In this document: piece after piece, positions 51,991 to 64,000 of the stretch
Position numbering within the stretch: the first letter of the stretch is position 1
Layout: each line of letters begins with the position of its first letter
From: Podarcis cretensis
Taxonomy: Eukaryota
Assembly (NCBI GenBank): GCA_951804945.1
Contig: OX638161.1
Coordinates: 49,414,001-49,478,000, forward strand
Reading direction: 5' to 3'
DNA: 64,000 bases
Position numbers and translations under genes: made by a program
The notes under the pieces: model-generated
Seen by the model: the letters and a program-made list of their open reading frames with translations, nothing else
What the model was told of the DNA's origin: nothing
Database searches by the model: none

Positions 51991-53098
51991 TGTCACGAGT
52001 GCTGACAGGGAAGTATCAGGCCCCTGCAGGTCAAAAAGAGACAAGTCTTCCCTGCTTGATTCCTTCAGCTTGAGAAATTGCAGGAAACTAAGCTTCGGAT
52101 CTGCCTTTCCCCTCTACAGCTCTTCCCAACAGATGGGGACTGCAATGTGGCAGTGAGCTCCTCCTCTGCTTCTGCCAGACTCATTGCTCGACAACATGTA
52201 GGACACTCCAAGAGGGGGTGTGAGAGGAGGAGAACCAGCAAGACTGGAATTGTCCTGCTGTGGAATGGTCAGTGTACCCTCCATCCCTTCTCGCCTCCCC
52301 TCTTTCTCATTTTGCTTTGAATGTGCTTTATTTCTTTATTTCTAAATTTCATCTTCACATTTCACAAATATTTTCAACAGGAACAAAAACAAACCCTTTA
52401 CAAATCCAATGTACTTTCCCTTTGACTTCCTTCCCCTCCTTTCTAGTTTTATTTATTTTTATTACTGCATATCCAATTCATATCTATTTACTAATTTCCC
52501 CTTATGTTCTCCCTAGCTTTCTCTTACTGCACTTGCTTATGTCAGTCCTGATAATTTTTTGATTTCTTTACAATGTATCTTCAGATGGTCAATAATTCCC
52601 CCCAATCCATTTTAAAAAGTCTTTATTCTGGGTTTCTTGTTTTTCTGGTAAGTTTCACCATGTCTGTGTACTCCATTAGTTTTAATTGCCAACCTTCCTT
52701 TGTTAGAACTGTTTCTTCCTTCCATTTTTGGGCATAAATTATGGAAGGGCCTTCTTCCTCTGACCTGCTCCCTCCCTTGATTACTCCACCCTCCTGCTTC
52801 TAGCACCTCCCACCACCAGGACCCAGGGTCTAAGTCCTCGTCTTCTCTGTTTTCCCTGGGGAGCTCCTGGGTGGGAGGCTCCTGCCACCAGTGGCGGAAC
52901 TTCATGCTCTGGCACCGGTGGGTGGAGAGCAGGCAGGAGCAGGGGCAGGGCGGGTGCGTGTTCTGGGGGTGCCCAGCGCAGGCAGGGGGCAGCTGCAATG
53001 GCGCCCTACTGGGATTGCGCTGACAGGGGTGGTGCCCCCCGCACACCTCTTCCTCCGCCAGTGCCTGCCACTCCTCCTCATCCAGCCAGTTCCTGACA
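51991..53098. mobile_element. Possible LTR-like repeat (TGTCA...TGACA) with a GC-rich end and an AT-rich internal insertion
   Basis: Short inverted termini and an abrupt GC-rich block at ~52760-53098; no clean TSD found. Confidence 0.3.
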
Positions 53099-53182
53099 AA
53101 ATATAATTGTCTCTATACCAATTGGTTCCATATCATCCTGGAGGTGAAGGAAAGGTCACCAGTGCCTTCATTTGTCTTACAG

Positions 53183-56100
53183 GTACCAAACACCAGGAGA
53201 TAGACCCACAAAATGGAGGCAGTTGCCATTCCTCCATCCGCAGATTGCTATGTGACAACGTGACCTGTGCCATATGTGACAGGGCAGCCAAGGAGGCTGA
53301 GGAAGTGTTGCGTGTCTATGCATCAAAACCTGGGCTTCCTGCTTTGCAAATGCCATCACTTCCCGTTGCCTCTTATGTGGGGAGCTCCAGCCTACCAGCC
53401 ATTTCTGCTCAAAGAGATGACACAATTTTTCCATGGAGCAGCAGTAAACCTGCCACAAACTGTGGCCATCCAGAATTGGGCCCAGAAACAACACCTTCAT
53501 CCAGAAAGGAGCAACACATTCCCAAAGGCAAGAGGCAGAAGGAGAAGCCACTCCATTCTGCTCAGCAAGATGTTCCCATCTCCAGGGAGAATGACATAAG
53601 TCCCAGTTGTTCTGACAGCCATTCCATGTTTGGTATAAATGAATGTTATGACAGCTCTGAGGACAGCAGTGGGGAAATGAGTGATCCCTTTTGCTTCTCT
53701 TCTAGCACATCATCAGAGCTGTCTTTCAATAGTTGGGAAGATTACAGTCCCCTTTCTGACCTGTCCGAGTTATCAAATTTCAGCAAAAAGAGCCACATGC
53801 CTTTGAGGCAAAAGAAAAATGAAGGGTCCTCTCTGAATGAGAGGAAGAACCACCAGGGCATGAGATTCCACCATACAGGAACAAGGCATTTCCCCAGTTC
53901 TTTATCTGTGATCTCCCAAGCAAATATCAAGTCTCCTAGGATTGAATTTGCTACTGAGGACACTCCCTTTGTGGCTAAGGCTGTGAGAAAGACTTTGGAG
54001 TGGCATTTGGTTGTGAAAAGTATTCAACACAAATTGGGTCTTCCATCAGTCGTCCTCAGGTCATTCAGGGCATTTTTGCCTCTTGGTATGGATTTCACTT
54101 GCCCGTACCGTCCAAAGAGGGAGCTTACTGTGTTGATGAGGCCTCGGCTTCTTCCTTTCATGAGTGGGGCAAAGAGGAGGACACTAGAGAAACACATGAA
54201 AAAAATGATTCACATGCAATGTCGGGTGTTGCCAAAGCAAGTCCAAGAGGCCCTCAAGCACATGAAGCTAGATTATCCCCTCACCACAGATATAGCATCA
54301 TCTGCACACAGGAAAGGAGGCCGAGGAGGAGTCGTCAAGGGTGAGAGGGAAGGGAAACTTCATAGGCATGTTCTACATTTGGAATCCACAGCCAGGGAAA
54401 CAGCCCTCAAATCTCCCCCTCCTTCCAAAGCAAACCCCCAGACTACAACTGAGAAGAAGTCCTTTGAGGCCAGACATGAGATGCCACTTCGGTCGCAGTA
54501 CACTGTTGCGTTTGCCCAAGCAAGGACAAGTTTTCTTCCTGCTAATGAGGAGCAGTGTTTGGATTCTCATGTGCTTAAAAAGAAGGTGCAGCACCCATGG
54601 GACCAGCCCATACTGATACAAGAGATCCCATTCATTGAGCAGAGGACTTGGGAGGATCTGGAATGGCACGTGATAAAAAAGAGGTTGCAGCATGCTTGGG
54701 GGTTGCCGAGCCTTGTCCAGAGATCTCTCCATTCTGTTTTCCCAGTTGTCCCCCAATCACAGCAGCACCGGACATTGCAGCACATGGAGGTGAGTGTTCT
54801 TCTGGCTGAGCTCTCCTTCCTTAGTGATGCCATTATCCAAGAACTAGAGCAGAATCTGCTGAAAAGAATCATGCTTCACCGATGGCACTTACCCCCAAGG
54901 GTCCTTGAGTCCCTCAGGCTACTTTCCCCAGAGATGGTGACTGTTGCAGGGAAACAGGATGGAACTAGGATAGGGAGGAGGACAATGCCAAGTCAGCCTT
55001 TGGTGTACCCCACACTTCAGCCTGAAGCAACAGAGAATAAGATATTCCACTTGGATGAAAAATGGCTGGACGTTTCCTCAACCTTGGCCATGAGTGCAAT
55101 GAAGCCCAAACTGCTGCCTACGTTTCCTAGAGCTAGAGATGTTGCTGTTGAGTTCTTAGAAGTGAGGACAGAGTTTCTCTATGCTCAGGTCAGAGAGAAT
55201 CTGGAACTGCACATTAGAAAAAAGAAGCTACAACATGAATGGGGCTTGCCTAGTCTTATTCAGAAATCCTTGCATGGCTTCAAGTCACAGGCTCCCCCAC
55301 TGCCCAGTCTCCAAAGGACGAAAGCCCATGTCTACATTCTACTACAGAAACCATCATTCCTTCCCCAAAGCACCTACAGTCAGTTGGATTTTCACATTCA
55401 AAGGATGAAGCTACAACGACAATGGAAGTTGCCTAAGAGGGTTTTGGAATCTATCAAGCTTTTCCGCCCTGTGTTTGGGACAGGTTCCTTGGAACCACAA
55501 ATTGCAGAGTACCAAAATAAAAGCTGTGACTCTCTGGGCAGATTCTCCTCTCCCATCCCAGTAGCCAGAGAAGAGCTGGTAGAGGCAAGGCAGGCAACAT
55601 TTGTGGGTGAGAACATCTTCACACATGGACCCAAGGCTTACAGGGCACAGCAAATGGTCCGCCCACACCAGGATATGGAGGCAGGAGAAGTCCCTGAGGG
55701 AGCTTTTTCTGAATCATCAGCTGCCTCTACAGATCACCCTAGCCTCAGGAGAAAGTCCACAGAATCTGATCTTCAACCCATGGGAAGCTTCAAGATCCCA
55801 CTTGAAGACTCTTTCCAGAAGTTTGCCCCTTTTTATAGCCAAGTGAAGCCCAGAAGCACATTTCTGCCCTTTCTGGAGGGTGAAGCAGTGGGTAAGGGGG
55901 AGTTGAACATCAGGAACGAGTTTCCAGAGCACCAACCTAGTCAACAGAGTGAAATCTTGAATAGGAAAGATGCCATAGCCAGGGCAGCAGTGGAAGACCG
56001 CTACTTCTACTGCCCTTGCTATTGGATAACATACAAGCACCCAGGATTGAGTACTGTACACCAAGAAGTAAGTGACAGAAAAACATTTGGGTTGATGCCT

Positions 56101-59100
56101 GCCTCCCCACAGTCAACTCAAGTTCTTTCTATGCTGAGGCCCCATAGTTTGGACAAGATGAACCACCACTTGGCCAAGAAGCACAGGGAGATGCAGTTGA
56201 GAGATATTCCGAATGTTGCCACCTCATATTCAACAAGGGAACATTTCACTTTCTTGGGGGAGTTGCCCAGCATGCACTTGGAACCTTTGGCTACAGTGTT
56301 CCAGGAAAGATGCTCCCCATCCCAAATCAGCCAAGTGAAGATTAGGGTCCAGGAGCTGGAGCCCCCAATATTCCAGAATGAAGCAAGGGAGTTGCTTAGG
56401 ACTAGATCCCCACAGCCGATGTTTGCAGACACTGCACACAAACCCTCTTCAGAGACATCAGTGACCCCTGCTTCAAATATAAGACTTCCTAAATATTCAA
56501 ATATGAATCTTTTGGATGCCCATCTCAAGAAAAAAAATATGGAGGCTAAATTCCAATTGACGGAAGTATCCCAGGAGCCAGTGCCAACATTTCTCACAAA
56601 GGAAGCCTGCGATCTTCTGGAACTTCACATACAGCGCAAAAGACTCCAGCATGAGTGGGGGCTGCCATCTCTTGTGCAGAAATCTTTGCATGCCTTTGTC
56701 CCCCTTCCACCTGAGCTACAGAGGAGTAAAAAAGCAGGAGCGTCAACACATGTCACTGTTGAGAAACTGGGATATCAAGAAAAAGCGACTGCCCATGTAC
56801 CACAATCTGTGTTAGAGGCCATCCCCCCTCAAAAGGCCCTGTATGTTGTAAGTCCAGATGTCAAGAATGGCCTGGAAGCTCATGTGAGGAGCTGGGCCAT
56901 GGAGCACCAGTGGGGACTTCCCAAACTGATTCAGGATTCTCTGAGGGCAATTGCTCCCACTCAACTTGAGTCCCATTTCAAAGAAGAAAAGCATCATACA
57001 CAGCTCTCAGAAGATCATCGTAAGTCCTACGAGCAAGATGAAATCCCTACTTTTTCTGAGGGAAGAGATCCTTTGAAGCTGCTCACACCTGAAGCAGGAG
57101 CCAGAGGTCATCCAAAAGCTACTATCCACCAAGGAATGGCAACCACAGGCATAGGTGTGGAACTGACTGCATTTGTATCATCTGAGGTGAAGCCACCTTT
57201 GCTCACAGAGGAAGCTTGGAATCTTCTGGAATTCCACATTGGAAAGAAGAAAATCCAGCACATATGGGGTCTTCCCTCCACTGTCCAGAAGTCCTTATGT
57301 GCCTTTGCCCTATTTCCCCCTGATCCAGAGAACCATCGGGGAGAAAACATAACAAATATTCACCCCTGGGATTGGGTAGAAGTGAAAACGATAATCAATA
57401 AGCTTACGTTCATCAGCTCGGATATGAAGGAGAGACTAGAGGCTCACATGAGGAATATAACCACAAAGCACAAATGGGAAATACCAAAGCGGGTACAGGA
57501 ATCACTGAGGGCATTTAAACGGCCGAGATCACTTCCTCAATATGATCCGTTATCTTGTCAATACAAATCTTCCCAGGGGCATACTAATGGTTCCCAGACT
57601 GACGATGACAATGAACACTCATCAGAAGAAGCCAAGAGAAGGGTAAAAGGAAAGCAAGAGAGGACAGGAACTGTACCATCAAACTTTAAATTAACTTTCT
57701 TAAGCCCTGAGGTGAACCTAAATTTTCTCACAAGGGTCACCCAGGACCTGTTGGAATTCCACATCCAGCATAAGAAGATCCAGCATGCATGGGGCCTACC
57801 ATCCTCTGTGTTGAGGTCATTGAAGGCCTTTGGCCCATTCCCCCTTGAGATACAGAAACAGATGCAATACACAGGAAGGAACATGACAACGGCAACCCAG
57901 TGCAATGGGATGGAGGTACAAGTTATTATCCCAAGTCTCTCCTTCCTGAGTCCCAACACAAAAGAGCTCCTGGAAGCTCACATGAGGAAGAGGGTGGTAC
58001 AGCACAGGTGGGGCCTTCCAAAGCGGGTTCAGCAATCACTGGGAGGACTTCTCCGTCACAGACAACCTTTCGGATCTCGACAGGACAATGTGCGTCCTTA
58101 CCCGAGCAAATTCTTCCAAGTCCCTACAGCTGATTCCCAGACTGAAGATGACAATGAAGACTTGGTGAAGGAGGAAATGGGCAACAGAAGGACAGCAGGG
58201 AAGAGATGGGGCTTTCCTAAAGGAAAGCAGGAAGCAACCAGAGCTGTGAACTTTGAAGAAACAACTTTCTTATGCGCTGGGGCGAAGCTTGCCTTCCTCA
58301 CAGATGAAGTGCAAGATCTTCTGGAGTTCCATATCCGACAGAAGAAACTCCAGCACACATGGGGCCTACCCTCCTCTGTGCTGAAGTCCATGCATGCCTT
58401 TGCCCCATTTCTCCATGGGTCTCAGACGCATGTGCAAAGCTTAGACAAGAGAATGACTAAAGCAAACCAATGGGTTAAGGTAGAAGTGAAAGAGATTGTC
58501 TGGGATCTCTTCTTCCCAAGTCCAGACACAAAAGATCGCCTGGAAGCTCATGAGAGGAGGAGGGTGGTTAAGCACAGATGGGGCCTTCCAATGCGGGTTC
58601 AGCAATCACTGGGAGTATTTCTAAATCCCAGACATGCTTTAGGATTGGAATCGGAGAATGCACAGTATTTTTCTCCTCACTACAAATCCTCCCAGGTGGC
58701 TAGAGATTCCTCTGAAATAGAAGGTGACAATGAAGACATGAAAGAATTCAAAGTCAAGAGAAGGACAACAGGGAGAATGGAGGTCTTCAATCAATTGAAA
58801 CAGGGAGCAGACTCAACTATGAACATGAATGTAACTGCTGGAGTGAAACTTGGTTTCTTAACCAATGAGACCTGGGAATTTCTCGAATTTCACATCCTGC
58901 GCAAAAAACTCCACCATACTTGGGGCCTACCCTCCAATGTGCTGAAGTCCCTGCATGCCTTTGCTCCATTTCACCTTGAGACAGAGAAACACAAGCAAAG
59001 CATGACCATGAGATACCCATGGGAGATAGAAGAAGCCCATAGTATTTCAAGGAGTCTTACGTTCCTCAGCCAAGACTTACAGGAGAACCTGGATGCCCAT

Positions 59101-62100
59101 GTGAGGAGGATGACTACACACCATAGGTGGCACCTTCCAGAACATGTTTCACAATCATTGAGGGCATTTCGGCATCTCAGACCCTTTTCCAATTGTGAGT
59201 TGGGTGAAGCAAGGTCTCTAACACCTTTTCATGGCAAATTTCTCCAAGAGCATAATGTTGATTCCCAGACTGAAAATGAAAATGAAGTCTTGGTGGAGGA
59301 GGAAATGGGAAACAGAAGAACAGCAGGAAAGGGATGGGTTGTTCCCCAAGGGAAGGAGGGAGTAACAGTACAATCAAACCTTAAAGTAACTGCTTTATCA
59401 AGCCTTGAGGTGAACCTAAATTTTCTCACAAGGGTCACACAGGACCTGTTGGAATTCCACATCCAGCATAAGAAGATCCAGCATGCATGGGGCCTACCAT
59501 CCTCTGTGTTGAGGTCATTGAAGGCCTTTGGCCCATTCCCCCTTGAGATACAGAAGCAGATGCAACACAAAAGAAGGAACATGACAACGGCAACCCAATG
59601 CAATGGGATGCAGGTACAAGTAATTATCCCAAGTCTCTCCTTCCTGAGTCCCAACACAAAAGAGCTCCTGGAAGCTCACATGAGGAAGAGGGTGGTACAG
59701 CACAGGTGGGGCCTTCCAAAGCGGGTTCAGCAATCACTGGGAGTATTTCTGCTTCCCAGACAACCTTTCGGATCTCGACAGGATAAGGTGCAGCCTTTCC
59801 TGGGCAAATTCTTCCAAGTCCCTACAGCTGATTCCCAGACTGAAGATGACAATGAAGACATGGTGAAGGAGGAAATGGGCAACAGAATGACAGCAGGGAA
59901 AGGATGGGGCTTTCCTAAAGGAAAGCAGGAAGCAACCAGAGCTGTGAACTTTGAAGAAACTACTTTCTTATGGCCTGGGGCAAAGCTTGCCTTCCTCCCA
60001 GATGAAGCACAAGATCTTCTGGAATTCCATATCCGACAGAAGAAACTCCAGCACACATGGGGCCTACCCTCCTCTGTGCTGAAGTCCATGCATGCCTTTG
60101 CCCCATTTCTCCATGGGTCTCAGACGCATGTGCAAAGCTTAGACAAGAGAATGACTAAAGCAAACCAATGGGTTAAGGTAGAAGTGAAAGAGATTGTCTG
60201 GGATCTCTTCTTCCCAAGTCCAGACACAAAAGATCGCCTGGAAGCTCATGAGAGGAGGAGGGTGGTTAAGCACAGATGGGGCCTTCCAATGCGGGTTCAG
60301 CAATCACTGGGAGTATTTCTAAATCCCAGACATGCTTTAGGATTGGAATCGGAGAATGCACAGTATTTTTCTCCTCACTACAAATCCTCCCAGGTGGCTA
60401 GAGATTCCTCTGAAATAGAAGGTGACAATGAAGACATGAAAGAATTAAAAGTCAAGGGAAGGACAACAGGGAAAATGGAGGTCTTCAATCAATTGAAACA
60501 GGGAGCAGACTCAACTATGAACATGAATGTAACTGCTGGAGTGAAACTTGGTTTCTTAACCAATGAGACCTGGGAATTTCTCGAATTTCACATCCTGCGC
60601 AAAAAACTCCACCATACTTGGGGCCTACCCTCCAATGTGCTGAAGTCCCTGCATGCCTTTGCTCCATTTCACCTTGAGACAGAGAAACACAAGCAAAGCA
60701 TGACCATGAGATACCCATGGGAGATAGAAGAAGCCCATATTATTTCAAGGAGTCTCACATTCCTCAGTCAAGACTTACAGGAGAACCTGGATGCCCATGT
60801 GAGGAGAATAACTACACACCATAGGTGGCACCTTCCAGAACATGTTTCACAATCACTGAGGGCATTTCGGCATCTCAGACCCTTTTCCCAATGTGAGTTG
60901 GGTGAAGCAAGGTCTCTAACACCTTTTCATGGCAAATTTCTCCAAGAACCTGTAGTTGATTCCCATTCAGAAGATGACAAGGAAGACTTGGTGGAGGAGG
61001 AAATGGGAAACAGAAGGACAGCAGGGAAGGGAAAGCAGGGAGCAACCACAACTGTGAACTTTGAAGAAACCTATTTCTTATGGCCTGGAGTGAAGCTTGC
61101 CTTCCTCACAGATGAAGTGCAAGATCTTCTGGAATTCCATATCCGACAGAAGAAACTCCAGCACACATGGGGCCTACCCTCCTCTGTGCTGAAGTCCATG
61201 CATGCCTTTGCCCCATTTCTCCATGGGTCTCAGACGCATGTGCAAAGCTTAGACAAGAGAATGACTAAGGCACACCAATGGGATAAGGTAGAAGTGAAAG
61301 AGATCGTCTGGGATCGCTTCTTCCCAAGTCCAGACACAAAAGATCGCCTGGAAGCTCATGAGAGGAGGAGGGTGGTTAAGCACAGATGGGGCCTTCCAAT
61401 GCGGGTTCAGCAATCACTGGGAGTATTTCTAAATCCCAGACATGCTTTAGGATTGGAATTGGAGAATGCACAGTATTTTTCTCCTCACTACAAATCCTCC
61501 CAGGTGGCTAGAGATTCCTCTGAAACAGAAGGTGACAATGAAGACATGAAGAACTCCATGGTCAAAAGAAGGACAATAAGGAATATGGAGGTCTTCAACC
61601 AATTGAAACAGGGAGCAGACTCATCAATGAACTTGAATGTAACTGCTTTCTTGTGGCCTGGAGTGAAACTTGGTTTCTTAACCAATGAGACCTGGGAATT
61701 TCTCGAATTTCACATCCTGCGCAAAAAACTCCACCATACTTGGGGCCTACCCTCCAATGTGCTGAAGTCCTTGCATGCCTTTGCTCCATTTCATCTTGAG
61801 ACAGAGAAACACAAGCAAAGCATGACCATGAGATACCCATGGGAGACAGAAGAAGCCCATATTATTTCAAGGAGTCTTACGTTCCTCAGCCAAGAGTTAC
61901 AGGAGAACCTGGATGCCCATGTGAGGAGGATGACTACACACCATAGGTGGCACCTTCCAGAACATGTTTCACAATCACTGAGGGCATTTCGGAATCCCAG
62001 AGCATTTTCCCAATGTGAGTTGGGTGAAGCAAGGTCTCTAACACCTTTTCATCGCAAATTCTCCCAAGAGCCTGAAGCTGATTCCCATTCAGAAGATGAC

Positions 62101-64000
62101 AAGGAAGACTTGCTAGAAGATGCCAAGGTAAGAAAAAAGGCAGTAGAGAAACTGGAGAGGAGGCTCAATTATGTTCAAAAGGCAGCAGCTACACCTGTAT
62201 TGGCTCAAGCGACTACTTTCTTATTGCCTGAGGTGACTCTTCCTTTCCTCACGGATGAGGCCCAGAACCTTCTGGAATCACACATTCAGCACAAGAAACT
62301 CCATCATGCATGGGGCTTACCTTCCTCTGTGTTGAAGTCCCTGCATGCTTTTGCTCCATTTCTCATTGAATCAGAGAAGCACCCACCATACATGGAAGGA
62401 GAGAATATAGCCAACGGAGTTTCATGGGACAGAGGGGAAGTATACATTATTACTCCCACTCTCTCATTCCTCAGTCCAGACATAACAGAGTGTCTAGATG
62501 CTCATGTTACGAGTATGACTGCAAAGCATAGATGGGGGCTTCCAAAACATGCTCAAAATATGCTTAGAGCATTTCTACTTCCTGTGCCATCTTCTCAGTT
62601 TGGGGAAATCAGGCCTCAAACTCATCACCACAGCTCTACATTTTATCAAGACCCTTCTACCCAACTTCTGGGGGAGAGTGAGGAGGAGAGACTTCTGGCA
62701 AGAACCTCATCTATTACCCATTTTATAGACTGTGTGACAGAGTTGCCTTTCCTCACTAATGGTGCTCAAGATGTTCTGGAAGTCCACATCCAGCACAAGA
62801 AGATCCAGCATCAGTGGGGCTTGCCAGCCATTATTCAGAAATCAGTGCGTGCATTTGCTCCACCCCCCTTGGAGCCACAGGAGAGCCCCCAACCTTCAGT
62901 GGGAGTGAGCACTGATGGAAGGAGACAAAAGAACTTTATTGATGAATGGAGAGCTGATGCCAAGGAATGGCCTGGGGCAAAGGAGGTTCCTGCTTCTTCC
63001 CAGCACTCGCATTTCTTACACTCAAGATCAAACGAACACCAGGAAAAACACATCAAGAACCTCAACATAGAGCACCAGTGGCACCTCCCTAAACTGGCTC
63101 AGAAGTCAACGAGGGCCTTTATCCCAGAAGCTGATGAAATGGAGGAAGAGGAGGAGCCTTTGACTTATTCTGGCGCTCAGGCCCTCCAAGTGCCAAACAC
63201 TCCTTTTCAAACAGGAGCAGAAAAGGAAGCCAGCTCAGGGTCAGAAGATCAACCCACATACACCTCAGAGCTGTTTTGGAAAATACAGCATAGGATGGTT
63301 TCCTGGCCTGATACCGAAAAGGATACTGGATCTCTCTATCCTCTTACAAAAGTTCAGCATTTCACAGTAATCCAAGGGACAAGCAGCAGCTCAGAGGGTG
63401 AAAGAGAAGCACCGCAAGTGAGTGCACTGCAGATATTTACACTGAATCTACATCATGCTGCACAGTATCCACAAATTCCTGGCAAGACAGAGGAGTCTTG
63501 TGAGATATTCAACTGTCCCTGCTCATGCCATTCATCAACATCCACAAAAGGCTCAGCTTCATCGTTACAATTAGTTGCAGAGCAAAGGCAAGAGCAGCAA
63601 GAAAATTCCCAGGAAAATGGAAAGGAGACAGAGGCAGGGTCCTTTTCTCAGATATCAGATAATAATGGGCCCCAGGACTCTGATTCTTTCCCAGGAGAAA
63701 GTGGAAAAGATCCTTCCATTTCAAAGGAAGCCGAGGTGGATTTTTCTGTTCAGACATCAGCTAATATTGAATGTCAGGACTCTGATTCATCCTCAGGAGA
63801 CAGAGATAAGAATACTTCCCTCTCAAAGGAAGGCAAGGCTGACTCCTCTTGGATATCATTGAATAGTGAACTCCAGATTCATTCTTCATCCTCAGGAGAT
63901 AATAAAGATCCTTCCCTCTCACAAGAGGCAGAGGCAGATGCCACTCCACAGATATCACATAATATTGAATCCCAAATCTCTGGTTCATCCTTAGGTGAAA
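53183..64000 (+). CDS. Giant exon of a SPATA31/FAM205-like repeat protein (at least 3,605 codons; runs off the window)
   Basis: I read frame +1 codon by codon: TAA at 53104-53106, then no stop to 63999. Acceptor TTTGTCTTACAG at 53182. N-terminal IRRLLCDNVTCAICDRAAKEAEEVL resembles the SPATA31/FAM205 RxLLCxDxxCxxC motif. Repeated LExHIxxKxxQHxWGLPxxVxxSL resembles the FAM75-domain motif. Confidence 0.88.
57700..62110 (+). repeat. Coding higher-order tandem repeat A-B-C-A-B-C-B-C of ~550-575 bp modules
   Basis: LEFH anchors at 57751(A), 58321(B), 58882(C), 59449(A), 60019(B), 60580(C), 61129(B), 61702(C). Period 1698 bp, then 1110/1122 bp. Confidence 0.92.
63625..64000 (+). repeat. Second coding repeat, acidic Ser-rich units of ~32-34 aa
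   Basis: EAGSFSQISDNNGPQDSDSFPGESGKDPSISKE / AEVDFSVQTSANIECQDSDSSSGDRDKNTSLSKE / GKADSSWISLNSELQIHSSSSGDNKDPSLSQE / AEADATPQISHNIESQISGSSLGE. Confidence 0.8.

Noticed and set aside
52612-53106. GC-rich ORFs on both strands just before the giant exon
   Set aside because: Low-complexity translations inside a probable repeat element, separated from the giant ORF by TAA at 53104.
57700-62110. Regular repeats considered as a CRISPR array or non-coding satellite
   Set aside because: Eukaryotic context, ~560-bp units without unique spacers, and all units are in-frame coding sequence.
53177-63988. Dozens of short minus-strand and off-frame ORFs in the track, several repeated
   Set aside because: They are shadows of the giant frame +1 ORF; their recurrence only reflects the 1698/1122-bp coding repeat.

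Overview
Eukaryotic genomic DNA from a squamate, most likely a lacertid lizard, inferred from Sauria SINEs with (ACCTTT)n tails plus a Bov-B LINE. Positions 1-49 kb hold a tandem cluster of six-exon vomeronasal type-2 receptor (V2R, class C GPCR) genes: one partial gene, three intact genes and one doubly frameshifted pseudogene. The cluster shows gene-conversion mosaicism and many transposons (near full-length Bov-B, Sauria SINEs, hAT and mariner MITEs, L1/L2/CR1 fragments, a solo LTR, an internally deleted Ty1/copia). An orphan immunoglobulin VH pseudogene lies between two head-to-head V2R genes and has an apparent 12-bp-spacer RSS. The main feature is missing from the ORF track because it has no stop codon in the window: one + strand reading frame from 53107 to the window end (>10.8 kb, about 3,600 codons). 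It encodes a SPATA31/FAM205-like protein with about 15 tandem paired 'H-x-W-G-L-P' modules in a higher-order repeat, followed by a second, acidic Ser-rich repeat. All analysis was done by eye; no database searches were run.
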